Source: Anaerolineae bacterium
Lineage (GTDB): Bacteria > Chloroflexota > Anaerolineae > UBA1429
DNA length: 57,760 nt
Direction of reading: 5' to 3'
Assembly: GCA_050942995.1 (NCBI GenBank)
Contig: JBMNOI010000002.1
Span: 1 to 57,760 of the forward strand
A model generated the notes under the pieces. That model was not told the origin of the DNA and searched no databases. It saw nothing but the letters and a program-made list of their open reading frames with translations. This document shows positions 1-7,724 of this stretch, one piece after another. A program made the translations under genes and the position numbers. The stretch's first letter is position 1. Each line of letters opens with the position of its first letter.

Positions 1-48
1 GATTTTCTGTAACGACATCTATGCCTTTGCGCAGCGGAGCGACGAGAC

Positions 49-1023
49 GTGAGATCGTTCTCGCCGCGGGAGTGGGGCAGGCGGCTGCTGAGCTGGGGCG
101 GCAAGTATCGGCGACCGTTATCGTGGGATTTCGTCGCGCTGGTCTTTATCCTGATGGCGCGGCGTCTCTATCATGACTGGCAAAGCCTCCCGGCCGATTA
201 TGTGCTGCGGCTGGACTATCGAATGCTCGCGACATCGCTGGTCGCCCTCATGCTGGCGCTGCTGGTGGTCAGTTCACGATGGGGGCTTATTGTACGGGTT
301 CTGGGCGTGCCCATCTCGTACAGACAGAGCATCAGAATATGGTTTCTCTCGCAGATGGGGCGCTATCTGCCGGGAGGGATCTGGAATTATGCCAGCCGAT
401 TCTATCTCAGCCGCGCCGAGATGAGCGGCGATATCGCCGTATTGAGCATGATCATCGAGACGCTGTTGCGGGTGCTTAGCGAAGGGCTGGTGTTTCTGGT
501 CTCTCTTCCGTTTTGGCGAACGCAAGAGATGATCGGCCGGCAGGGGATCATCCTTTCGATTATCGGCATTGTAGGAGGTCTGGCGCTCCTGCATCCCCGG
601 GTGGTCGATGCGATCCGTCGGACGCCCTGGCTACATCGCATGGCCGGAGGTGCGGATGCTTCGACAACGGCTCCACTCCCCACCTATGGAAGGATGCTCG
701 GCCTGTTACTTTATTATGCGATGACGGTGCTCGTCACCGGGGGCGCATTCTGGTTACTTCAACAGACGATCCATTCCCTGCCTTACAGCGATCTGCCCGT
801 CTTTCTCGGCATTGTGGCCGTATCGACTGTGGTCGGATTTCTCTTCCCCCTTGCGCCTAACGGATGGGGCGTGCGCGAGGGGTTGATGGCTGTGTTGCTG
901 GGCCAGATGATGCCCGCCGCCATTGCCATCATGGTCTCGGTGGCCTGTCGGCTGTGGCTGAGCCTTGCCGAGTGGATCTGGATCCTGATATTCCTGCGCT
1001 GGCGTCCTCAATTAGCCAAATAG
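49..1023 (+). CDS. Polytopic membrane protein, LPG_synthase_TM / UPF0104 flippase-like family (tentative)
   Basis: ORF with GTG start. Multiple hydrophobic helices. Motifs RIWFLSQMGRYLPGGIWNYASRFYL and PNGWGVREG resemble the UPF0104 family. Family call is from memory, not searched. Confidence 0.5.
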   Translation: MRSFSPREWGRRLLSWGGKYRRPLSWDFVALVFILMARRLYHDWQSLPADYVLRLDYRMLATSLVALMLALLVVSSRWGLIVRVLGVPISYRQSIRIWFLSQMGRYLPGGIWNYASRFYLSRAEMSGDIAVLSMIIETLLRVLSEGLVFLVSLPFWRTQEMIGRQGIILSIIGIVGGLALLHPRVVDAIRRTPWLHRMAGGADASTTAPLPTYGRMLGLLLYYAMTVLVTGGAFWLLQQTIHSLPYSDLPVFLGIVAVSTVVGFLFPLAPNGWGVREGLMAVLLGQMMPAAIAIMVSVACRLWLSLAEWIWILIFLRWRPQLAK

Positions 1024-1139
1024 CCCGAATGGGCGATTGATTTTGCGGGGCTCTACCGCTATTCTGGATGCAACAGATCGAGATGTCGGTGGTCCGTATA
1101 GAGTTGACAAGCCTTTATTGCTGATCAGGAGATGTTTCA

Positions 1140-2576
1140 ATGAAAAAGATCGTCATGACCGGTCTGCTCGTGCTGTTGGCCCTGATTCTGGGGGCGATGC
1201 CCGCTCTGGCGCAGGGCACCATATCGACCGCATTTGCCGTACAGAACTTGGGCGGCCAGACTGCAAACGTTATGGTTGATTTTTACAACGCATCCGGAAC
1301 ACGGACCGGCGGAAAGAGCCAGAATATCGCTCCGGGTGGGCTCTTTAACTTTGACCAGCGCTACGATACGGGGCACCCCGGAGCGAGCACTTTCCAGGGG
1401 TCTGCGATTGTGTCGGCCAACCAGCCTGTGGGCGCGGTGGTCAACATGATGCGCACCGGCGGAGCGGTGCCGAGCTATGAGAGCTATAATGGCCTCGGAG
1501 AGGGGCAGATAGGCACCAATATCGCCGTCCCGCAGATTCTGCGTAATATCAGTAGCGCCGGGGTGACATGGAACACGACGATCTCGGTCCAGAACACAAG
1601 CACAGATTCGTCGGTAAATGTAACGATTCGATATATCCCTGACCCTGTTATGAACGCTCAACTGGGTGGCACACTGACCCAGCCCTACACCCAGACGTTC
1701 ACGCTGGCCAAGGGCGCCACTCGCCTCATCAATCAGGCCGGTGAGCCGACCCAAATTGGATCCAAATTCTTTGGTTCGGCACGGATAGAAGCTTCCGGAC
1801 CGGTGGGGGTGACGGTATACGCCGATGGCGGCGGCAATATCTTGATGGCCTATCCGACCTTTACTGAAGGGACGACTCAGCCTATCGGCCTGCCCTCTAT
1901 CTACAAGAACATCAGCTCGATGGGCGATAGCTACAGCACCGCGGTCCTGATCGTGAACCTGGGCTCACAGGCCGCACAGGTCGAGGTTCGCTATCTGCCC
2001 ACCGGACAGGGCAAGGTCAGCGGTGTGGATACTATAACCGTCCCCGCGGGAGGCGCGAAGAACGTCGATCAGCGGTTCCGGGATGCGGGGAATGCGCCGA
2101 GCATCACCAGCGATCAATTTATGGGTGGGGCTGTGGTGCAATCCAAGAACGGGCAGCCGATCGCCGTCATGGTGAACCTGCGAGGTGGGTCTCGCTACGG
2201 TATGACCTATGCCGGAACGGTTGGCACGGGCACAACCAGCTACCTGCCCATCGCCTACCGGAGCATCAAATCGGCGGGTCTGGACTGGAACTCGACGATC
2301 ATCGTCTACAATCCGGGAAGCAGCAACGTCAATGTCCGCTTTACCTACTATCGCTCGAACGGCAGCAAGGTGTCGGACTCGACATGGTACCCCGTATCCA
2401 AGGTACGCCAGTTCGACATGCGGTTCGATACGGCCGTCGCGGGGGCGGGCAGCTTTATCGGCTCTGTGAAGGTGGAGGCATCTGACGGCAGACCCATCGG
2501 GGTGATGGTCCAGACGCGCGGTAGTGGCGATACGGGCGACGCCTTGATGGCCTACCAGGGATTGCTTGCGCAATAG
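1140..2576 (+). CDS. Secreted protein built from four tandem ~110-aa modules, function unknown
   Basis: AGGAGA RBS 7 nt before the ATG. Signal peptide MKKIVMTGLLVLLALILGAMPALA/QG. Four internal repeats share N-I-S-S-x-G..W-N-[ST]-x-I-x-V-x-N, V-x-V-x-[FY]Y and F-x-G-S-[AV]-x-[VI] patterns. Confidence 0.75.
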   Translation: MKKIVMTGLLVLLALILGAMPALAQGTISTAFAVQNLGGQTANVMVDFYNASGTRTGGKSQNIAPGGLFNFDQRYDTGHPGASTFQGSAIVSANQPVGAVVNMMRTGGAVPSYESYNGLGEGQIGTNIAVPQILRNISSAGVTWNTTISVQNTSTDSSVNVTIRYIPDPVMNAQLGGTLTQPYTQTFTLAKGATRLINQAGEPTQIGSKFFGSARIEASGPVGVTVYADGGGNILMAYPTFTEGTTQPIGLPSIYKNISSMGDSYSTAVLIVNLGSQAAQVEVRYLPTGQGKVSGVDTITVPAGGAKNVDQRFRDAGNAPSITSDQFMGGAVVQSKNGQPIAVMVNLRGGSRYGMTYAGTVGTGTTSYLPIAYRSIKSAGLDWNSTIIVYNPGSSNVNVRFTYYRSNGSKVSDSTWYPVSKVRQFDMRFDTAVAGAGSFIGSVKVEASDGRPIGVMVQTRGSGDTGDALMAYQGLLAQ

Positions 2577-2601
2577 TCGGAAAGTTTCGCAACGATATCC
2601 G

Positions 2602-2634
2602 AACGGGGGCATCACCTGCGTGGTGTCCCCGTTT
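2602..2634 (+). terminator. Hairpin after the repeat-protein gene (13-bp stem with 2 G-U pairs, 6-nt loop, short T run)
   Basis: aacgggggcatca / tggtgtccccgtt pair by eye. Lies 26 nt after the stop at 2576. Only TTT follows, so this is a weak intrinsic terminator. Confidence 0.4.
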
Positions 2635-2655
2635 CCGTCGTATCGGGAGGTATGG

Positions 2656-3384
2656 GTGAGTCGGGATTTGCGGAAACGGATCGTCCTGGCCGGCCTTTTG
2701 CTGCTGGTCGTTGCGGGTGGGGTTGGCTGTCAGGGAGAGGGTGAGTTCGCCCTCGGGCGATCGACTCGAGAGCCGGTCGCCTCTTCTGTAAGCGATGTGG
2801 CAGAGGATGTCAAAGAAACCGGGCCTCAGCCCGAGACGGAAGCGTTTGCCGAAGAGAATCCGGAAAGCGACGCCCTATCGGGGAATGAACTGGCCATGGT
2901 CGATTCCGTTCTCTCCCTTGCCCGTGAGTGGCACCCCGATGCCCAATGGTACGGCATCATGCCCTTTACGTCGATGGAGTGGGCCCTGGCGTTGCCGGGG
3001 AATCAGCCGGCCTGGATCTACCGGTTCGGTACCCCCGACGGCGCGTGTGAATACAGCGTGCAGATCATGGACGGTCGGGTGACCGGCGCCATGGAGATGC
3101 CCATGCCCGACTATATCGAGCCGAGCCTGCAGCGTCTGGTGCCCATCGACCCGGATCTGCCGGGGTTGCTGGATAGCGAGGCGGTGCGGGCGGCGTACGT
3201 GGCGCAAGAGGGGAGCTGGCTGGCCGAATATCCCGATATGCTGCTGGACTATCGGCTGGTGCATCTGCGTGAGTGCGGACGTCCCACGTGGATGCTGATC
3301 GATGCGGAACACCTGGCCGAACCGCTTTTTGTGATGGATGCCGTGACCGGTGAGTCACTGGATACAGATGCCTGCCTTCCCTGA
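2656..3384 (+). CDS. Hypothetical lipoprotein
   Basis: GTG at 2656 lies 5 nt after GGGAGG (2645-2650). N-terminus VSRDLRKRIVLAGLLLLVVAGGVGC is a signal plus lipobox-like Cys. Acidic linker, then a globular part. No family recognised. Confidence 0.6.
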   Translation: MSRDLRKRIVLAGLLLLVVAGGVGCQGEGEFALGRSTREPVASSVSDVAEDVKETGPQPETEAFAEENPESDALSGNELAMVDSVLSLAREWHPDAQWYGIMPFTSMEWALALPGNQPAWIYRFGTPDGACEYSVQIMDGRVTGAMEMPMPDYIEPSLQRLVPIDPDLPGLLDSEAVRAAYVAQEGSWLAEYPDMLLDYRLVHLRECGRPTWMLIDAEHLAEPLFVMDAVTGESLDTDACLP

Positions 3385-3386
3385 GG

Positions 3387-6251
3387 TCATTCGTCGGGGC
3401 AGCGTCGGACGGCCACCAGGGTCAGGTCGTCGAAGCGGGGGCCCTCACCGGTAAAAGACTGAACGGCGGCGTCGATCAGCCGAACCATCTCCTCGGCGGT
3501 ATGATCGGGGGCGCCCTGCAGTAATCGCCGCAGGCGTTCCTCGCCAAACTCCTCATCCTGATCGTTGATGGCTTCGGTGACCCCGTCGGTGTACATCAGC
3601 AGCATGTCGTCGTCCTCCAGCCATACCTCACCCTCGACCAGTTCGGGGTTGTCGATGACTCCGAGGACGATCCCCGGCACATCCAGCGAGATGACTCGCC
3701 GATCCCTGGCCGAAACCACCAAAGGCGGGTTGTGTCCCGCTCTGGCGAAAGAAAGACGGCCGCTCCTCAGGTCGAGGATGGCGTAAAAGACGCTCACAAA
3801 CATGCCCGAGCGCGAGTCGTCCAGCAGGATGCGGTTGGCCCGTCTGAGCGCCTCCGCCGGTCCCCGGGCATCCAGTGCGGTGGCCCGCAGGACTGTGCGG
3901 GAAAGGGCCATGTAGAGCGCTGCGGCCACACCTTTGTCCGAGACGTCGGCAATCGCGAGGCCCAGGTGATTGGGTGTCAGACGGATAAAGTCATAATAAT
4001 CACCGCCCACACCGCGAGCGGCATGCCATTCCACGGCGATCTGCCAACCCGGCACCCGAGGGCATTCCTCGGGCATAAAGCTCTCCTGAATGCGGCGCGC
4101 CAGGTCGATCTCGTGTTGTAGTCGTTCTTGATGGACCGTTCGCTGATACAGCCGATCGGTCTCGATGGCCAGAGCCGCTTGATGGGCGATTCCCGTGAGA
4201 ATGTTCATGCGCCGCCCGGAAATGGGAGAGGGATCTGCATGCCCCACCAGCAGGGCGCCCATCAGGCGATCATATGCCCGTAGCGGCAGGGCCGTTACCG
4301 GCCCCAGACGGCGGAAGGTGTCGATGGGCCAGTCACCGGCGGTCTCGTTCCCGTTGACCGGAAAGGTCAGGGGATCGCTTCCATGGAGTAATCGCACCAG
4401 CGCCGGGCTGTTCTTCAGTGGAAAGCTGGTTTTGGCGCGGATCATCGCCGCCGCATCTCGGGGAAGCCCATGACTGTGTGCGCCGACAAATGCCCGTCTG
4501 TCTCCGTCCCACAGCAAGATGGCCGCCCAGGCGACTCCGCCCAGCATGGGAGTCAGGCGCGCCACGGTGGACAGGGTTTCATCCAGATCATAGGTCGCAT
4601 TGCTGATGAGGTTGGCCACCTGCAGCAGGGCGGTCGAGACCCAGGCCTCTTCGCGCTGTGAGGCGTAGAGTTGGGCATTTTCTAGGGCGATGGTGGCCTG
4701 ATGGGCGATGCCGGTCAGAATGGTCTCGCGTGGGCCGCTGATGGGGCGCCCGCTGAGATCCTCCGCAACCAGGATGCCGATTACCTGATCCTGTGACTGC
4801 AGGGGCATGGCAATCAGTTCACCCCGTCGAGGATCCTGCGAGATGGGGGGCGGCATCAGGTCGACCAGGTCGTCCGAGCGCCCGCGAATGATCCGCCCCT
4901 CACGTCGGATGCGGTCCAGCAGCGGGATCTCCCGGACCGGAAAGCGATGATTCTCCAGGGCCAGCATCTGCTCGCGGGTAAGCCCTGTCCCCTCAACCAG
5001 AATAAAGGATTGCTCCTTATCCGACCAGAAAAAGATCAAGCTTCGATCCACGCCGACGAGGATGCGTGTCAGGCGCGCCACCACTTCGACGATCTCTTCG
5101 GATGTGCTGTGCTGTGCGACGGCCTCGGCGACCTGCAGCAAAGCGGTGGCAATCCATGCCTGTTCCTGCTCTGCGCCATAGAGGCGACTGTCTTCCACCG
5201 CGACGGCGATCTGATCGGCCAGTATCTGCAGGATAGAGACATCCTGCTCACTAAAGGCGTTGGTCCGATCGCTTTGCAGATCCAGTACGCCCAGGATGCG
5301 ATTTTCGACTTTGAGCGGGATGGCCAGCTCGGATAGCGTGCGCTCCAGAGCAGCATCTACCAGGAACCGTTCATCGTGGCGCACATCGTTGGCCAGAATA
5401 CTCTTTCCGGTGGCCGCCGCATGGCCGATGATGCCCCGCCCCCAGGGGATGTGGATACCTCGTTCGCGGATGAGCTGGCTGGAACTGGCCTGCAGGGTCA
5501 CCGTCTGTTGGGCAGTATCTACTGTAAAGATGCTGACGTGATAATAGCCCAGGGTATCCCGAATGAGCTTGACTGTATCGTCGAACAGTGTGTTGAGATC
5601 GAGGATGGCGGCTACTCGGCGGCTTACCTCGGCGATCATCAGCAGTTGTGCGGCGCGTTGACGCTCGCGTTGATAAAGCTGAGTGGCATAAAGTCCTAGT
5701 GCCGCCTGTGATGCGATCAGGTCGATGGCATCTCGCTGGCGTGACGTAAAGGCGCGAGGCTGCGGGCTCTGCAGGGCGATCACACCGATGACGCGGTCGT
5801 CGGCGATGATGGGGATATACAGGCCGCTGCGCGTGGGGCGATCTACCTCAAACGCCGGGAATGGCGGCGCTTTGCGTCGGAAATCGGTGACCAGCACGGG
5901 ACGCTGAACGGTCCGCATATAGTCCAGGATGTCCGTGGGGATGTCCTTAGGCGGCGTGGTGGCCTGCCCATCCACGGTCAGGTAGGGTAATATGATCCGA
6001 TCCTCAACCTCTATCTGCAGGGCGAAAACCGGGGCACGCGCGATCGAGTCGGTGTAGCGATGAATGAGCGCATAGATCTCGTTGGGATCGAGGCGCGCAC
6101 TGAGCAGATCGTGGCTCAATGCAGCCAGCACGGCCGTCTCTGTGCCACACTTTTTCCATGGCGCACGGAGAAGAAACGCTACCAGCACACCGACGATCAA
6201 GATGCCCGCGAGAGGGAGCGCGATAGACGAGATGTTCACGAGTAATGTCAT
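3387..6251 (-). CDS. Membrane-anchored multi-GAF PP2C (SpoIIE/RsbU-type) serine phosphatase
   Basis: 954 aa with an N-terminal TM helix. Three to four GAF-like modules. C-terminal PP2C motifs GGDYYDF, ADVSDKG, YTDGVTEA and DDLTLV. Confidence 0.9.
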   Translation of the reverse strand: MTLLVNISSIALPLAGILIVGVLVAFLLRAPWKKCGTETAVLAALSHDLLSARLDPNEIYALIHRYTDSIARAPVFALQIEVEDRIILPYLTVDGQATTPPKDIPTDILDYMRTVQRPVLVTDFRRKAPPFPAFEVDRPTRSGLYIPIIADDRVIGVIALQSPQPRAFTSRQRDAIDLIASQAALGLYATQLYQRERQRAAQLLMIAEVSRRVAAILDLNTLFDDTVKLIRDTLGYYHVSIFTVDTAQQTVTLQASSSQLIRERGIHIPWGRGIIGHAAATGKSILANDVRHDERFLVDAALERTLSELAIPLKVENRILGVLDLQSDRTNAFSEQDVSILQILADQIAVAVEDSRLYGAEQEQAWIATALLQVAEAVAQHSTSEEIVEVVARLTRILVGVDRSLIFFWSDKEQSFILVEGTGLTREQMLALENHRFPVREIPLLDRIRREGRIIRGRSDDLVDLMPPPISQDPRRGELIAMPLQSQDQVIGILVAEDLSGRPISGPRETILTGIAHQATIALENAQLYASQREEAWVSTALLQVANLISNATYDLDETLSTVARLTPMLGGVAWAAILLWDGDRRAFVGAHSHGLPRDAAAMIRAKTSFPLKNSPALVRLLHGSDPLTFPVNGNETAGDWPIDTFRRLGPVTALPLRAYDRLMGALLVGHADPSPISGRRMNILTGIAHQAALAIETDRLYQRTVHQERLQHEIDLARRIQESFMPEECPRVPGWQIAVEWHAARGVGGDYYDFIRLTPNHLGLAIADVSDKGVAAALYMALSRTVLRATALDARGPAEALRRANRILLDDSRSGMFVSVFYAILDLRSGRLSFARAGHNPPLVVSARDRRVISLDVPGIVLGVIDNPELVEGEVWLEDDDMLLMYTDGVTEAINDQDEEFGEERLRRLLQGAPDHTAEEMVRLIDAAVQSFTGEGPRFDDLTLVAVRRCPDE

Positions 6252-6260
6252 CGCTGATGG

Positions 6261-6596
6261 TCACCCTTCTGTCGGGAGAACCGGCCCGTCGAGAGGTGAT
6301 GAGGGGGCTGAAAATGTCAGGATGCGGTCAAAGCCTGCCATGCGAAAAATCTGCATGATTCGCGTCGGAACGTTGCGGAGAATCAACTCTCCCCCTGCCT
6401 GGCGCTGTCTCCGATGGGCCAGAAGGACTACCCGCAACCCGCTGCTGCTGATGTAATTGGCGTCGGACAGATCGAGTATGATGGTCGAGCAAGTCTGTCC
6501 CAGAGCTTCGAGTTGCTCATCCACACGTGGTGCGGTGAGCGCATCGATTCGCCCTTCCAACGACAGGGTGCAGGTGTTTGCAGAAAATGATGTCAT
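6261..6596 (-). CDS. STAS-domain anti-sigma-factor antagonist (RsbV/SpoIIAA-like)
   Basis: 111 aa. Motif DLSDANYISSSGLRVVL is typical of STAS with a phosphorylatable Ser. Its start overlaps the upstream kinase stop (TAATG). Confidence 0.9.
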   Translation of the reverse strand: MTSFSANTCTLSLEGRIDALTAPRVDEQLEALGQTCSTIILDLSDANYISSSGLRVVLLAHRRQRQAGGELILRNVPTRIMQIFRMAGFDRILTFSAPSSPLDGPVLPTEG

Positions 6597-7027
6597 TATA
6601 CGGCCGTCCTGCGGCTTTTCCGCATAATGACCTGGTTTCCGCGGTTGCGGCCCGGCAAAAAGACGACGCTATCCATCAGTTTTTGCATGAAAAAGAGTCC
6701 CAACCCGCCGATCTCGCGCTCTTCCAACGGAGCCTTGGTATCGGGAGAGGAGATAATGCTCGGATCGAACGGCTGGCCCTCATCGGTGACGCGAACGACA
6801 AAATCATCGCCCTCAATGTAACAACAGATCCACACATTCCCGTCGCTGCGTCCCTGATAGGCGTGCTCGATGGCGTTGGTGCAGGCCTCGTCAACGGCCA
6901 TTTGCACCTCAAATGCCTGATCCTCGTTCATGCCGGCTACCAGGGCCCGCTGAGTCACAAATTCGGCGATGCTGGCCAGATTGGTGAGTTCAGATGTGAC
7001 GCAAATTTCGAATTGTTCCATTCTCAC
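6596..7027 (-). CDS. RsbW/SpoIIAB-like anti-sigma serine kinase (HATPase_c_2)
   Basis: 143 aa. N-box-like DEACTNAIEHAY and G-box REIGGLGLFFM. AGGTGAGA RBS before the ATG. Confidence 0.9.
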   Translation of the reverse strand: MRMEQFEICVTSELTNLASIAEFVTQRALVAGMNEDQAFEVQMAVDEACTNAIEHAYQGRSDGNVWICCYIEGDDFVVRVTDEGQPFDPSIISSPDTKAPLEEREIGGLGLFFMQKLMDSVVFLPGRNRGNQVIMRKSRRTAV

Positions 7028-7188
7028 CTGCCGGGATGTGAGATGGGGATCTATGAATCGATCTCTATGACAGCCGCCTTGTAAACTGAGGGAGGTCGAT
7101 CATATCCCGCAGACGCCCATGCCACGACGATTGATGGCAGACCGCCGGGCAAGCGTCGGCTACCCGGTTTGGAACCGGGATGGACGAT

Positions 7189-7524
7189 CTAGAAACTGCC
7201 GACAGCAACGACCGGGTCATCATACATCTTGACCAGAGGGGCGATTCCTGCAATGTCGAACACGCGCTGGATCCTTTCGGGAACGCGCGCCAACAACACA
7301 TCGCCACGATTCCACCTTCGGCACTCTTTGTAGGTGGCGATGAGGACTCGAATGGCGGCGCTGCCAAAGAACTCGACGCCCTCCATATCCAGTACGATCC
7401 GGTAGACACCCGCATCCATCGAAGCGCGAAGGGCTTTTTCCAGATCGGGGGAGGTATTGCTATCAAACCGTCCTTTGACGGTGAGCAGGTCGCAACGCTT
7501 AAGATGGATCGTCTCGATCATCAT
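7189..7524 (-). CDS. Second STAS-domain protein (RsbV/RsbS-like)
   Basis: I start at ATG 7524 (MMIETIHLKRCDL...) because GAGGAG (7531-7536) lies 6 nt upstream and the product (112 aa) matches STAS size. The longer track ORF (to 7635) runs into the promoter and palindrome. Confidence 0.8.
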   Translation of the reverse strand: MMIETIHLKRCDLLTVKGRFDSNTSPDLEKALRASMDAGVYRIVLDMEGVEFFGSAAIRVLIATYKECRRWNRGDVLLARVPERIQRVFDIAGIAPLVKMYDDPVVAVGSF

Positions 7525-7560
7525 AATGGTCTCCTCGCGACACATAGCGATGGCATGTTG

Positions 7561-7592
7561 ATGATGGTGATGATCATGATCATCACCATCAT
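7561..7592. repeat. 32-bp perfect palindrome ATGATGGTGATGATCATGATCATCACCATCAT (candidate operator or 5-prime-UTR hairpin)
   Basis: Self-reverse-complementary over all 32 nt, checked base by base. Flanking g7560/t7593 break the symmetry. Contains two GATC sites. AT-rich in a GC-rich context. Confidence 0.9.
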
Positions 7593-7606
7593 TATCATCA
7601 TAATCC

Positions 7607-7635
7607 ATTATAGCATGGACACCTGCTCGATCCAA
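7607..7635 (-). promoter_or_regulatory. Sigma-70-type promoter TTGGAT-17-TATAAT for the partner-switching operon
   Basis: On the minus strand, -35 TTGGAT is at 7635-7630, the spacer is 17 nt and -10 TATAAT is at 7612-7607. Lies in the 200-nt gap between the hyuA-like stop and the STAS start. Confidence 0.6.
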
Positions 7636-7724
7636 GGGTTTCTATGATACTTGCTAAAGAATCAAAGGTTCCCCGTACCATCAACTTGTAATCGCTTTTC
7701 AAAGTATGTTTGCAGGACGAGCTC

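Noticed and set aside
7525-7635. His/Asp-rich N-terminal extension (MDYDDNDGDDHDHHHHQH...) on the second STAS protein, which would suggest a metal-binding tail
   Set aside because: - The extension is simply the translation of the 32-bp ATG/ATC/CAT-rich palindrome.
- It overlaps the TTGGAT-17-TATAAT promoter.
- A strong GAGGAG RBS precedes the internal ATG at 7524, which gives a normal 112-aa STAS protein.
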